Shown here: positions 53,396 through 64,000 of the stretch, piece after piece
Numbering within the stretch: position 1 is the stretch's first letter
Layout: every line of letters starts with the position of its first letter
Source: an uncultured candidate division Zixibacteria bacterium
GTDB lineage: Bacteria; Zixibacteria; MSB-5A5; GN15; FEB-12
Length of the DNA stretch: 64,000 nt
Assembly (NCBI GenBank): GCA_963806185.1
Contig: CAWDXE010000001.1
Coordinates: forward strand, 832,001 to 896,000
Direction of reading: 5' to 3'
Notes under the pieces: generated by a model
What the model was told of the DNA's origin: nothing
What the model saw: the letters and a program-made list of their open reading frames with translations, nothing else
The model's database searches: none
Translations under genes and position numbers: made by a program

Positions 53396-56123
53396 TTATA
53401 CCCCCGCCCCAAAGACCGAAAACGGCGCCCAATGGTAGGCGGATCGAAACTGCTGGGCGGCGGCCAGTGAAGCCTGTCGGGCTGATTCTATAACGGTGAG
53501 ATCGGTATGTAAGTTCGAATAGAAGAGACCCATCCAGAAAGCGGTCGAGGCGTCGGCGACCGGCCAGTGGCCGGCGACGACAGTTCGGGTTCCCATCTCG
53601 AGCAGGGAACGAACGAGGCCGGTGGACTCCTCACCGGGGAGGGCGACGTGGGCACCGGTCTGGCAAGCGGCCAGGGTGGCGAGATTCACGCGGGCGCGGC
53701 GAAGACGAAAGTCGGCGGCGAATAAGGGTCCATCGATCATATTCAGAGACGAATAGAACGGGTTCTCCCGATTCAGTTGCGCGTGACCAGCGAAATGCCA
53801 GAGTTGGTAGTCACCGTCCGAAGGCCAGAGACTGCGCGTACAGGGGTCGTGGATGACCACGTCGCCCGTGAGCGATGATCTCAGGGTATCGAGTTCTTTG
53901 CGAACATTGGGGAGGTCGTCGGCCTGACCAACGAAGATTTCGCTGCGCCGGGAGTCGATTCGCAAGGCGCGAGCGTACAGGTAGTGGCGGAGACTGGGAG
54001 CGTGAACCATGCTGAACTCGCGGGCGAGAGGTTGTCCGTTGCGGCGAAGGGCCTGCCAGGGAAGATTGGCGAGCGGACCCTCGATGAGAAGAAGCAGATC
54101 GCGCTGAGCGGAGTCAATTTCGAGCGGCGCCCAGAGCCAGTCCCCGGTGTGGTCGAAGAACTTCTTTTCGTCATCGACATCGTGGCCCGACGGAAGGTGA
54201 GCCGCAAGGGCGGCGGATTCGAGAAGAAAACCCCAGTGGGCGGCGGCGCGATCAGCGAGTTCGCTGCCATAGGCATAACGATGGCTGCGCGTTGTGCCGT
54301 CTTGATGGACGAAAGCGACGAGTTCGGACGATGAGTGATGAATTTGTATGACCGTGCGGTCGCGCGAGACTTCGGCAAATTGCGCCGTGAGTCGCTGATT
54401 GGCAATGTTGTCACCGGGCCGGAAATCTTCAATGGCAAGCAGTTCCTGGCGAATTGATTTCTGAAGTTCAAGGATGCGAGCGCTGCCTGCTCTGGCCGCA
54501 ACCGATCGTTCGCCGCCAAGGCCGACCTGCCCAGAGAGAGCGGCTACCTGATTGGCGAGCGCCATGAGCGATTCTTCCACTTTGCGGCGGGCAGGTTCGG
54601 TTTCGAGATTGGCAACCATCGGTCGCCATAAGCCGGCGGTGCGCATCCGTTCCGACCAGACCGCGGCTTCGGTGGGATTCGACTGCAGGTGGGCGTCGAT
54701 CAAGCGGTGGTGCGGGCTTTCGAGCGACAATCCGTAGCGGGTACGCAGACCGACGGGAGGCAGTTGAGCGCGCACCTGATCGAGACGATCGGCGGCCTGT
54801 TCCCATAGTTTGACCGCGCGGTCGCGCTCGCCGCGGGAGGCGGCAAGATCACCGGCGCGGGTGTGCCAGCCGGCGAAAAGATGCGGGACTTCTTGCGCGG
54901 CAGTGTTATGACTGAGTCGATCCAAGGCGCGGTCGGACAGGGGTGCGTCAAATGATGCGTACAAATCGCAGACGGCCTGCCAGAGGGGGAGCTGTGCCTT
55001 GGCGAAATAATCGATCGCCTTGCGCAGTTGACTGCGCCGGAGTACCGGGATCGCGCGTGATTTGGGATTTGAGAAGATACACGGCCCCACAAAAGCCGAA
55101 GTTTTTTTCCGCCACGAAGGCGACGCGAGCACGTTCGAGAGCGGAGGACGCTTCGCGGTGTTTCCCTAGTTGACTGGCTGCCGAAGCGCGATAGTAGGCG
55201 GCCTTGGCTGATTCATAGCGGAGATTCAGTTTGCGGAAGAGTAGCTCGGCCTCTTCCCCGGCGTCGCGGGCGTCGGCAAAAAGATTAAGATTGAGAAAAA
55301 CCTCGGCGCGATCGACCACACATGACGCAACGCGCAACGGGACGCCGATGCGACGGTAGGCGGTTTCACAGTCGGCCAGTTCCTGCAGGGCGACATGAAA
55401 TTTGCCTTCGAGCATGTGGAGCCACGAGAGTCCCCAGCGGGCATCCACGGCGTCGAGTTCGTGACCGTGAGCAGTGTAAATTGTTGCCGATCGTTCGTAG
55501 AGCTGTTCCGCCTCGCGCATGTCGAAGAGCTGCACAAGGGTGTTGCCGCGATTGAAAAGCAACGTGCGGCCGCGAGTTCATCGCCGATGGAAAGAAAGAT
55601 ATTCCCCTGCTGCCTTGTAGAGCTGTTCGGCCTCGCGGTGACGGTCCTGGCGGTGGAGGAGGTTGGCGAAATTGACCTGCGTCTTGGCGACCTCGCTTTG
55701 GTTTTCCAGAGCGGAGAACGTCTTGAGCGCCAGGCGGGCACGGCGTCGTGATTCGGCAAAGTCACCGAGGTACATGTAGACGTCGACAAGCGTGCGGTCA
55801 ATGCGCCCGACAGCAATGCGGTCGGTTTTCGACAAACGGCGTGCTTCCTGGTAGGCTTCTTCGGCCTCGACATAACGCGAACTCATATGGGCGGCACGGG
55901 CCAGCGCACGGTAGGCGGCAAGCGAGACGACGCTGTCACCGGCGCGCGAGCGCTTCACCAGTTTTCGGGCGAACGTCAGCGCTTCGGCGAGCGAGTGCTG
56001 GACTTTGGCGACAATCGCCTGATTGATAGCGTCGGCCAATTCCGCCGGAGAAACCAGAGCGACGGTTCCGCGGGAGAGGAATTCGAGCAGCGCTTTTGAT
56101 TTTATATCTTCGGAGCGTTCCAT
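53396..56123 (-). CDS. TPR-repeat plus CHAT (caspase-like) protease; two apparent frameshifts (~55570, ~55050)
   Basis: TPR-like helices in ORFs 55578-56123 and 54948-55562; CHAT motifs L.NLPW.AL, HFAGH, LAACQTG, W.VAD and YHWAPF. Confidence 0.88.
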
Positions 56124-56686
56124 TTTACGGACGGCAATTCGATCGCCGCTGCGGGCGAGCGAAGGATCAATTTGGACGGGGGCGTTTTGGCGATCCAGGT
56201 GAAGAAACCGCTCTGGTCGGCGCGGACAGTCAACCGTCCGGCGGCCAGTTGCCAGTCGGCAAGCGAGTCGGTTTGCGGAACAGCAAGCTGGGCACTAAAG
56301 CGCCAACCGTCGGTCACGCGAGTAGCCTGCAGATCGAAGCGGATGCCATCGGCGCTAAACTGCAGCCGTCGCTTGTCGGCGTCGGCGCCACGTACACCCA
56401 GCGCCACGGACGCGGTCCATGAGTCGAACGAAAGATTGGCGACCAGCCTGCGAACCAGACGACTGACTTTGCCCTCAGCAAGAGCGGCGGCGCGATTGAT
56501 CCATTCGCTCGGCGCGCTTGCAAGCTGAGGTGATCCGGCCAGCGGAAATGCCTGGAACAGAGCGAAATCCTGACGGCATTCCGGGCATTGCGCCAGGTGA
56601 GCGGAGAAAGTGATCTTCCCGGACATCGCCGCTTTGATCATCGCTTGTCTGGTCGGGTGGTTGGTCATCTGAGGCTGCGCTTTCAT
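56102..56686 (-). CDS. Putative soluble zinc-binding anti-sigma factor
   Basis: HLAQCPEC (HxxxCxxC, ZAS motif) near the N-terminus; start overlaps the sigma stop (TAATG); no obvious TM helix. Confidence 0.7.
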   Translation of the reverse strand: MKAQPQMTNHPTRQAMIKAAMSGKITFSAHLAQCPECRQDFALFQAFPLAGSPQLASAPSEWINRAAALAEGKVSRLVRRLVANLSFDSWTASVALGVRGADADKRRLQFSADGIRFDLQATRVTDGWRFSAQLAVPQTDSLADWQLAAGRLTVRADQSGFFTWIAKTPPSKLILRSPAAAIELPSVKWNAPKI

Positions 56687-57292
56687 TATCGTTTTTTACT
56701 ACCTGATAGAGGAGCGGACCCGCCAATTCGTGCATCCTCAAAACCGGATTGCTCCAGCGCCTTCTTAAGACGGTCCAGGCAGCGGCGCCGGGCCGGTCCC
56801 AGGGCGTTGCTGGAGATACCAAACTGAACAGCGAGGTCGTCGTAGGACGTGTCTTCGTCGGCAAAGAACATGGCCTGCAACAGCTTGGCGCACCGCGTGT
56901 CAATCCGGGCCAGCGCGTTTTGCATGGTCGATTGAAGTTGGAGTTGTTCCAGTTCCTGATCCGGGAGTGGGTCGGCGCTTTCGATGGAGTGAGCTTCCTC
57001 GATATCGGTATGGCGACGGTCGCGGCGAAGGACTTTGATTGCTTCGCGGCGCGCAGTGGTGGCCAGCCAGCCGGGAAGGCGGGAGGAATCTTTGATCTTC
57101 GTTCGGTGAGAGTGAAGGAGCACCCAGGTCTGCTGGAAACAATCGGCGGCTTCGTGGTAGGAGAGGCCGACGCGGGTAATGACGGAATAGACAAGTGCTT
57201 CATACCGCCGGATCAAGTTCTTTCCAGGCGGTGGGATTGCCATCGACAACGGCAATCCAGAGATCGGGGTCTGTCATTCCTTGGGTGGTCAT
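56686..57292 (-). CDS. ECF-type RNA polymerase sigma factor; apparent frameshift near 57213
   Basis: MTDPDL......GNPTAWKEL continues in another frame as IRRYEALVYSV; AADCFQQTW, GWLATTARREA and region 4 SYDDLA...G.....LGPARRRCLDRL. Confidence 0.88.
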
Positions 57293-57419
57293 GCGAGCAA
57301 TGACAATATATAGGTGAAAGGCGGGTTGAAAGAAACGATTTACGCTAGTGGTTCGCCCTGAATTAAAAACGGGCTGGAGGATACCAGCCCGTTGAAATGC
57401 CGTAGCGATTTTATGGCGC

Positions 57420-60400
57420 TTACTTGGTACCCCTCTTTTTGGCGGGGGCCTGGTGGAAGAGCATGTTCGCCGGGAGGGGCTGTTTGGGGAGGCCGGGGCC
57501 GCCGATGGTGACCGCCAAGCCGCCATCCCCCTCGTGCTGGAACATGCGCACACTTATAGGGTGGATGCCGGCCTTGAGGACGACAACTCCCGGGACTTCA
57601 CCCATGCCGTGCAGACCGTCGCTGTTGATGACGATTGAGTCGGAGACCACCAGCATGCTGCCGTCGTCGGAGCTGAGCGTGAACTCGTAGGTGCCGTCGG
57701 ACGGGATCTGGATGTAGCCGTTGAAAGTCAGGCCGTAATTCTCTTCGCGCGCGTAGACAACGGGATGGAGACATCGGATGAGATCGTGTCCTTGAGCGGC
57801 TTGAGGCCGCTGAAGTCGGGGAGTTTCTCCCAGGCAGATTCGAAGTATTGGCAGAGCAGGCCGGGGACGAGTTTGTCGACTGTGCGGGCTTTGCGCGGCG
57901 AGAGTTTGGTGACGTAGAGTTCGTTCACATAATGATCGTCGGTGCCCGGCTTGATGGCGCGCGCCTTGAGCAGGCTGGAGCCGGTGACGGTGATTGGCTC
58001 CTTATAGACGGCAGATTGCGCATCCGGTGTCTTGCCGTCCAGCGTGTAATGAACAACAGCGCCGGGTGTGGGTGTGCTAAGGGTGTATTGCGCTCGGCCG
58101 GCGAAGCCGACGCTGTCGGCGGTGATGGTGGCAAGGGTGCCGTCAGCGACGTCGTAGAGCGGCTGAGTCGGACGGACCGGATCATCGTTGAAGTTGGTCG
58201 CGGTGACGGCGACGATGCGCAGCCGGTCGTTGTCGGGAAGGGTGATCGTCTTCGTGCCGGCGGGGAGATCAAACGAGACGAGATAGAGATAGGTGAAGTG
58301 GTACGCTTCATTCGAGTCGGCGGCCGTGTGACGATGCGACGCATACCAGGCGACCGGATCGCGATGAATGTAGGCGGGGGCGATCTGCTCGGGTTCATCA
58401 GCAAAGCGGCCGCTGGCGACGCGGCTGTTCCACTGGCCGAGCGGTGAACTCCAATCGAGAATCCAGCGAGTTTGCTTCACAGTGCCAATGGTGAAGGTCC
58501 CTTCGGCGGGGCCGTCGACAGCGGCGGCGAGGAAATGCACTTTGTTGAACTTGCCGTCGGGAAGGGTGATGGTCTGGCCCTTGCAGACGACGACATTTTG
58601 GGCACCATCGGCATGCGGGCCGGTGACGAACGGAATGCGGAGGTGTTCGAATTTGGACAGGAGCATCTCCCCAGCCAGCGAGTTGCCGTGAGTGTCGAAG
58701 TTGCCGTCTTTCTTATTCGCATCGCTCGACATGCCGTCAAGGTTGTACGGAAGATCGAGGGTGCGGGAGAATTGGGCATCGTCGACGTAGTTTTTGGGGA
58801 GTTTGCGGACAACGTCGAAGGCGAAGGCGCGGGGCTGGTAGGGGGCCAGATTTGCCAAGACGGCATCCCTTCTGATCGGCACGTCAGCCATCTTCGATTC
58901 AGCACCATTGACTTCAGTAGCGCCTTTGAGCGGTGACGCCAAATCTATGGCACAAACGAGAGGACGATCATCGATATTGCGAACGCGTACAATCACCTCA
59001 TCGTCGTCTTCAGCAAGCTTCACAGCGCACACAAAAGGATCTGGCCCACCATCATTATCACGTAAGTCCTTCACCTTCATAAACGATCCCGATTTGTCGT
59101 CATCACCTAGAGCGAGGACCGATGGAGTTTCAACCAACGAGTATATTTTTCCCAGATAGCCCTTATGTGCCGGTGATTGAAACGCAAGTAAGGGTTGGTT
59201 AAGTCGGGCGGCACCGTTCACCACGCTCGGGTAAATATTCCACCAGCGACCGGACCTGACAACATTCGGTTTCCAACTCTGATCCGTGTGTCCGTGCACG
59301 GCAAACGCAAATTCGTGATGGCCGTTGTCCTGCGACCGTTCGTCCTCCACCCAGTTCCATTTTTCATTCACGCCGGGGGTGTGGATGAGCGTCAGGCGCA
59401 GGGTGTTCTTGTCCGGGTGATCCCAACCGTACTTGCAGTCGGAAAAGACGGCAGTGCCCATGTCGGCCCACTGATGGCCGGGGACTTCGTACAGCTTGTC
59501 ATAATTGACGCCGCGCTTGATGGCGCCGAGACCCAGATCGTAGGTGACACTGTCGCTGGCTTGTGCAAACGTGAAGGCGGCCTTGAGGAGCGTTTCGCGT
59601 TCGTACCAATCGACCGAGTTGTCGAATTTGATTCGATCGCCGCCGTCACCGGCAGCCAGACTGATACAGGTGGTGAAACTGGATTTCTCCGTATGACGGG
59701 TGACCATGAGCATGACGCGCACGGGGCCGTTTTCGACAATCTTGATTTCGGGCGTGCCGCCGACGATGGCGCGCGGTGCGGCCATGATATCATCGTACCA
59801 GATTTCCCACGCCGGCCAGGCTTTGGGTTTGTCGGTGAGCAGTTGAAATTCGATCGGTTTGGAGAGGAGTTCTTTCTTCTGCGATTTGTCATAGATGGAG
59901 GCAACGTCGCCGTTGGCGTTGAGCTGGACTTTGTAGCGTTCGTTCTCCAGTGAATTGTTGGTCACGGCAAGTGTCGGCTTGATAGCGCTCGGTTTTGTCG
60001 CGGGCTGGATGTCGTACACGGCATAGCCGACTGATGGTGCGTTGGCCAAGAAGAGGATCGCGAGGCTGTCGGGCCAGGCGGCGACGATCTGCGACGGCAC
60101 TTCTTTCTTATCGGGACCGACCACGCGGATGAATTTGGGCGCAGGACCGTTGAAGTACACGGTGGCGTCGACAACGTCCTGACGTTCGATACCGAGCGGG
60201 TTATAGACGACCAGCGGCACACCCTTGGCGCGCGTATCCAGATACGGCGTAGTAGCGGCAACGGCCTTGGTCAGAATCTGACTGAAGCGGTTCTGGCAGA
60301 GAATCTCGTCTGCCCACGAGAAGACGTACGCTTCGGGAATGCTGGTGCCGGTGAGGTCGTCGTGAAATTGATGCCAGAGGAACCGGGTCCAGGTGTCGCG

Positions 60401-61458
60401 CAGTTCTTCGCGCGGGTACGGCTGATTGGCGACGAGCCAGGCGATGACCGAGGCGCGCTCGGCCGCGTCGGCGAGAAGTTCATTCTTCCGGTTCCATCGT
60501 TTCATGGCGGCTTGCGAGGTATAGCAGCCGGTACCGTGACGGGTCATGACCAGTTCGCCACGGTAGTGCGGGAGCTTGGAGGTGTCGCCGTCTTTGACGA
60601 GATCGACCAGATCGTCGGCGCCGACACTCAGCACTTTGATGTCGCCGTCGCCTTTCATCGATTGCTCGAGCCAGGCGACGGATTCAGAGTCGGGCGAGCC
60701 GCCGGTGTCGCCGGTGCCGAAATACATGTAGGCGAGCGGAAGGCCGGAGGTGTCGGCCTGCTTCTGAATGTCTTTCGTCCAGATGGTGTCCTTGCGCAGA
60801 TCGCCGCGAATCTGCGAGCCGTAGCTGCGCGCATTGAGACCGGCGATGATCGAGGAACCATCAACACCTGTCCAGACGCCGATATTAAACGGCAGGCCGT
60901 GCGCCGAGCCCCAGCTCAGTTTCTGCGTGGAGAAGCTTTCCAGGCCGCAGTGCGCGGGCGATCGACGGCAGGGCGTAGCCGAAGCCGAAGCAGTCGGGGA
61001 GAAAGATGTCGCGGCTGGTTTTGCCGAATTCGCGCTTCCAGTAGCCGTTGCCGTAAAGGGTGTTCCGCACGAGTGACTCGAACGAGGGCATGTTGACATC
61101 GACCGCGTCGACCCAACTGCCGGTCACCCGCCAGCGGCCGTCGGCGATGTACTGTTTGCAGGCGTTCATATTCGGCCGGATAGTATTCCTTCAGAATTTG
61201 ATAGCGAAACGCGCCTTCGAAGCTGAAGACATAATTGGGGAACTGCGTGAACAGTTTTTCATTTTCGCGGAAGGTGAGGGGTATGTATTCGTTGATGCTG
61301 GTCTGGATAGTCCAGCGCCATTGGGTGTCGAGATGGGCGGTGCCGACGACCGCCAGTTTCTTCTGTTTGACGCCCGTGCCCTGGGCGGTCTCTTCAGCCG
61401 ATCCAATGCTGGTGGTCAAGCAGCACAGCAGAACGATGCCAATCCATACCCTTCGCAT
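57420..61458 (-). CDS. Secreted GH38 alpha-mannosidase with FN3-associated and PA14 C-terminal domains; apparent frameshifts
   Basis: AHLDTQWRW, nucleophile motif LPDCFG, GDTGG and QFHDDL.GTS; VHYTLDG..P; PA14-like SSDDGSML..DGLHG. Confidence 0.9.
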
Positions 61459-61475
61459 ATCTTTTCCTCTATATC

Positions 61476-62852
61476 TCATGTTGCAGATTGTACCTGTTGA
61501 ACGGGTGGGTCGGGTTTCTTTTCGGTCTGTTTGCTTCGGGCAAAGCCGCGCTGTTTGAGGCGATCGAGCAGGACGGCGCCGAGAATCACCAGACCCAGAA
61601 CCACTTTTTGCGTATAGCTTTCGACATTCGTCAAGTTCATGCCGTTTTGAATGACGGCGATGATGAGGGCGCCGATCAACGTGCCGAGAATGCGCCCCTC
61701 GCCACCACTCAGACTGGTGCCGCCAACAACAACGGCGGCGATTACATATAGTTCGTACGAGAGACCGTAGGTTGGCGCGCCGCTTTTCAGTTGTGACGCC
61801 ATCACCACGCCGCCAAGTCCGGCAAGAAGACCGCACAACGAATAAACAAAGAAAAGGACGCGGTTGACATGAATGCCGGCGAGCCGCGCCGCCTCAGGAT
61901 TGCCGCCGACAGCGTAGATGTAGCGACCGAGCGTAGTGCGGGTCATCAGAATGTGTGCGGCGGCGTATAGCACGACCATCAGAATGACGGCAATCGGTAT
62001 GCCAAGGAGCGGATCGACGCCCCGGCCGAGCCAGATGAAGCCGGAGGGGAGCTGGTAGATTGGTTTACCTTCGGAGATGATATACCCGACACCCGCGGCG
62101 ACCTGCATCATGGCAAGCGTGGCAATAAACGGCGGAATGCGGAAGCCGGTGATCATAAAGCCGCTGAACGCCCCCACTGCTCCGCAGACCAGTATGCCGC
62201 CCACACAGGAGAGAAGGACGACAGAAGTTGAAGCGCCCTCGCCGCCGAATTGCCCGACCAGCCAGGCGACAACCACAGCCGCGAGCGCGATCAAGCTTCC
62301 GACCGATAGATCAATGCCGGCGGTGATGATGACCATGGTCATGCCGATAGCGATGATGGCGATGACGGTGATCTGGTTGGCGACGTTGCGGATATTATCG
62401 GCCAGCAGGAAGGTGGGCCAGTTGTACGACGGTGGCGTTGTTACGGTCGCCGAGGCGAGGTGCGGAACACTTGCAATGATCGACCGGACCACCGGCGAAG
62501 CCGAGGTGCTGACGAAGAGGTGACATGGCTCGGTTGAATCGGCCGAGCTCAAGAGCTGTTGGCGGATTGATTCCGGGTCGCCGTAGATTGTCACACCCAC
62601 ACGACCGGCGGCGGAAAGCGCGGACAGGAGTGAGTCGCCGAATTCGCGATCGGTAGCGTTGTTCTGACCAATGATAATGATCTGTGTGGAAGTCGGCGTG
62701 GCTGCGAGATCGCTGAGCAGAAGGCGGGCGGCGGCTTTGCCGGTGGGATGCTGTTCGGACATGGTGAGAATGGAAAAGAGCACACACAGCAAGACGAGAA
62801 TGCCGAGCATCCCGTAATTGCTGATGAACCGTCCGATCTTGTTTGTCGCCAT
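61476..62852 (-). CDS. Monosaccharide ABC transporter permease (RbsC-like) with an inserted soluble domain
   Basis: GIDLSVGS, IPPFIATL, GRYIYAVGGN.EAARLAGI and IAAVVVGGTSLSGG. Confidence 0.9.
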   Translation of the reverse strand: MATNKIGRFISNYGMLGILVLLCVLFSILTMSEQHPTGKAAARLLLSDLAATPTSTQIIIIGQNNATDREFGDSLLSALSAAGRVGVTIYGDPESIRQQLLSSADSTEPCHLFVSTSASPVVRSIIASVPHLASATVTTPPSYNWPTFLLADNIRNVANQITVIAIIAIGMTMVIITAGIDLSVGSLIALAAVVVAWLVGQFGGEGASTSVVLLSCVGGILVCGAVGAFSGFMITGFRIPPFIATLAMMQVAAGVGYIISEGKPIYQLPSGFIWLGRGVDPLLGIPIAVILMVVLYAAAHILMTRTTLGRYIYAVGGNPEAARLAGIHVNRVLFFVYSLCGLLAGLGGVVMASQLKSGAPTYGLSYELYVIAAVVVGGTSLSGGEGRILGTLIGALIIAVIQNGMNLTNVESYTQKVVLGLVILGAVLLDRLKQRGFARSKQTEKKPDPPVQQVQSAT

Positions 62853-62869
62853 ATTTTAGATTCGCCCCG

Positions 62870-64000
62870 TTAGACGGCGAGGGCCATAACCGTTTCCTGT
62901 TTCACGTCGGGTGAATTCACGATTTCACCGCTGGTTCTCCCCTGCTTCATGACGACGATACGGTCGCACATGCCGAGCAGTTCGGGGAGTTCGGAGGAAA
63001 TCATGATGATCGCTTTCCCTTCGGCGGCCAGCTTGTTGATGAGCAGGTACATCTCGTACTTGGCGCCGACGTCGATCCCGCGCGTGGGTTCGTCGAAGAT
63101 GACTACTTTTGAATTCGTCTCCAGCCAGCGGGCGACGAGCAATTTCTGCTGGTTGCCGCCGGAAAGGCTTTCAACCAGTTGCTCCGGGCCGGACAAGCGT
63201 ACCTTGAGTTCAGTCACACGACTGGCAAAGCGGGCCTGTTCGAGACGCTGCTTGATCCAGCCGAGTCGCGACCATCCGGCAATATTGGGCAGGGAGAAGT
63301 TGTCCCGCGCGGAGGCACGCAGAATGAGGCCCTGCGCCTTGCGATCCTCGGTGAGAAGGCAGATGCCGTGCCTGATGGCGTCGCGCGGTGACTCTGATGC
63401 TGATCGACACGCCGTCGAGAACGATATTCCCCTGACGTCATCGGGTCGGCGCCGAAGATAAGGCGGGCGATTTCGGTACGTCCGGCCCCCATGAGTCCGG
63501 CCATGCCGAGCACCTCGCCGCTGTGAACAGAGAACGAAATGTCGCGCACTTGAGCGTGAAGTCAAGCCGGACACCCGCAAGCGGACCTCACCAATCTTGC
63601 AGACAGCTTTGGGAAATTCGGTATCGAGGGAACGGCCGACCATCTGCTCGATAAGTCGCGGCGCGCGTGATATCTTTGGCGGCGTGCGTGCCGATAGTGC
63701 GGCCGTCGCGCATGACGGTTATGCGGTCAGCGATGGCAAAGACCTCGTCGAGTCGGTGACTGATGAAAATGATTCCCATGCCGCGTTGGGCGAGGGCGCG
63801 CAGATTGACAAAGAGGGCGTCGACTTCCCTGGGTGCGAGCGCGGCGGTGGGTTCGTCCATCACCAGAATTTTGGCCTCGCGGGCGAGTGCACGGGCAATC
63901 TCGACCAGTTGTTGTTGGCCGACGCTTAGGTCGGAGACGAGCGCGAGCGGATCGATGGCGACATTGAGTTGGGTGAAAATTTCGCGTGTGCGTTTGATCT
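62870..64000 (-). CDS. Monosaccharide ABC transporter ATPase (RbsA-like), partial; apparent frameshifts
   Basis: [52 protein letters not shown] and SSELPEL. Confidence 0.9.

Overview
GC-rich chromosomal window from a diderm (LPS-making) bacterium, most likely candidate phylum Zixibacteria. That assignment is inferred from paired dockerin-like C-terminal repeats on secreted proteases together with kdsA/C/D, lptC and lolCD genes. Core genes: rpmA, a lolC/E-lolD-mcsA-mcsB-clpC run, K+-independent hppA, lysS, coaD, comEA, kdsA-kdsC-kdsD, lptC, macAB-like genes, cstA, a GH38 alpha-mannosidase and a sugar ABC transporter. Many genes, including essential ones, are broken by single-base indels, best explained as long-read assembly error. 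The most notable accessory biology is: (1) a REP-associated HUH tyrosine transposase (RAYT) bracketed by 69-bp tandem REP arrays; (2) a small stand-alone GIY-YIG nuclease bracketed by inverted GTC-tagged hairpins whose relatives are scattered across the window, a candidate second, non-HUH REP-mobilising system; (3) intergenic islands built from several hairpin families, with a recurring 'stuttered 5' arm, then full hairpin' layout; (4) a tightly coupled ECF sigma / zinc anti-sigma / TPR-CHAT caspase-like protease / secreted subtilase operon. No CRISPR array, tRNA or rRNA was recognised. All family calls come from motifs read by eye, not from database searches.
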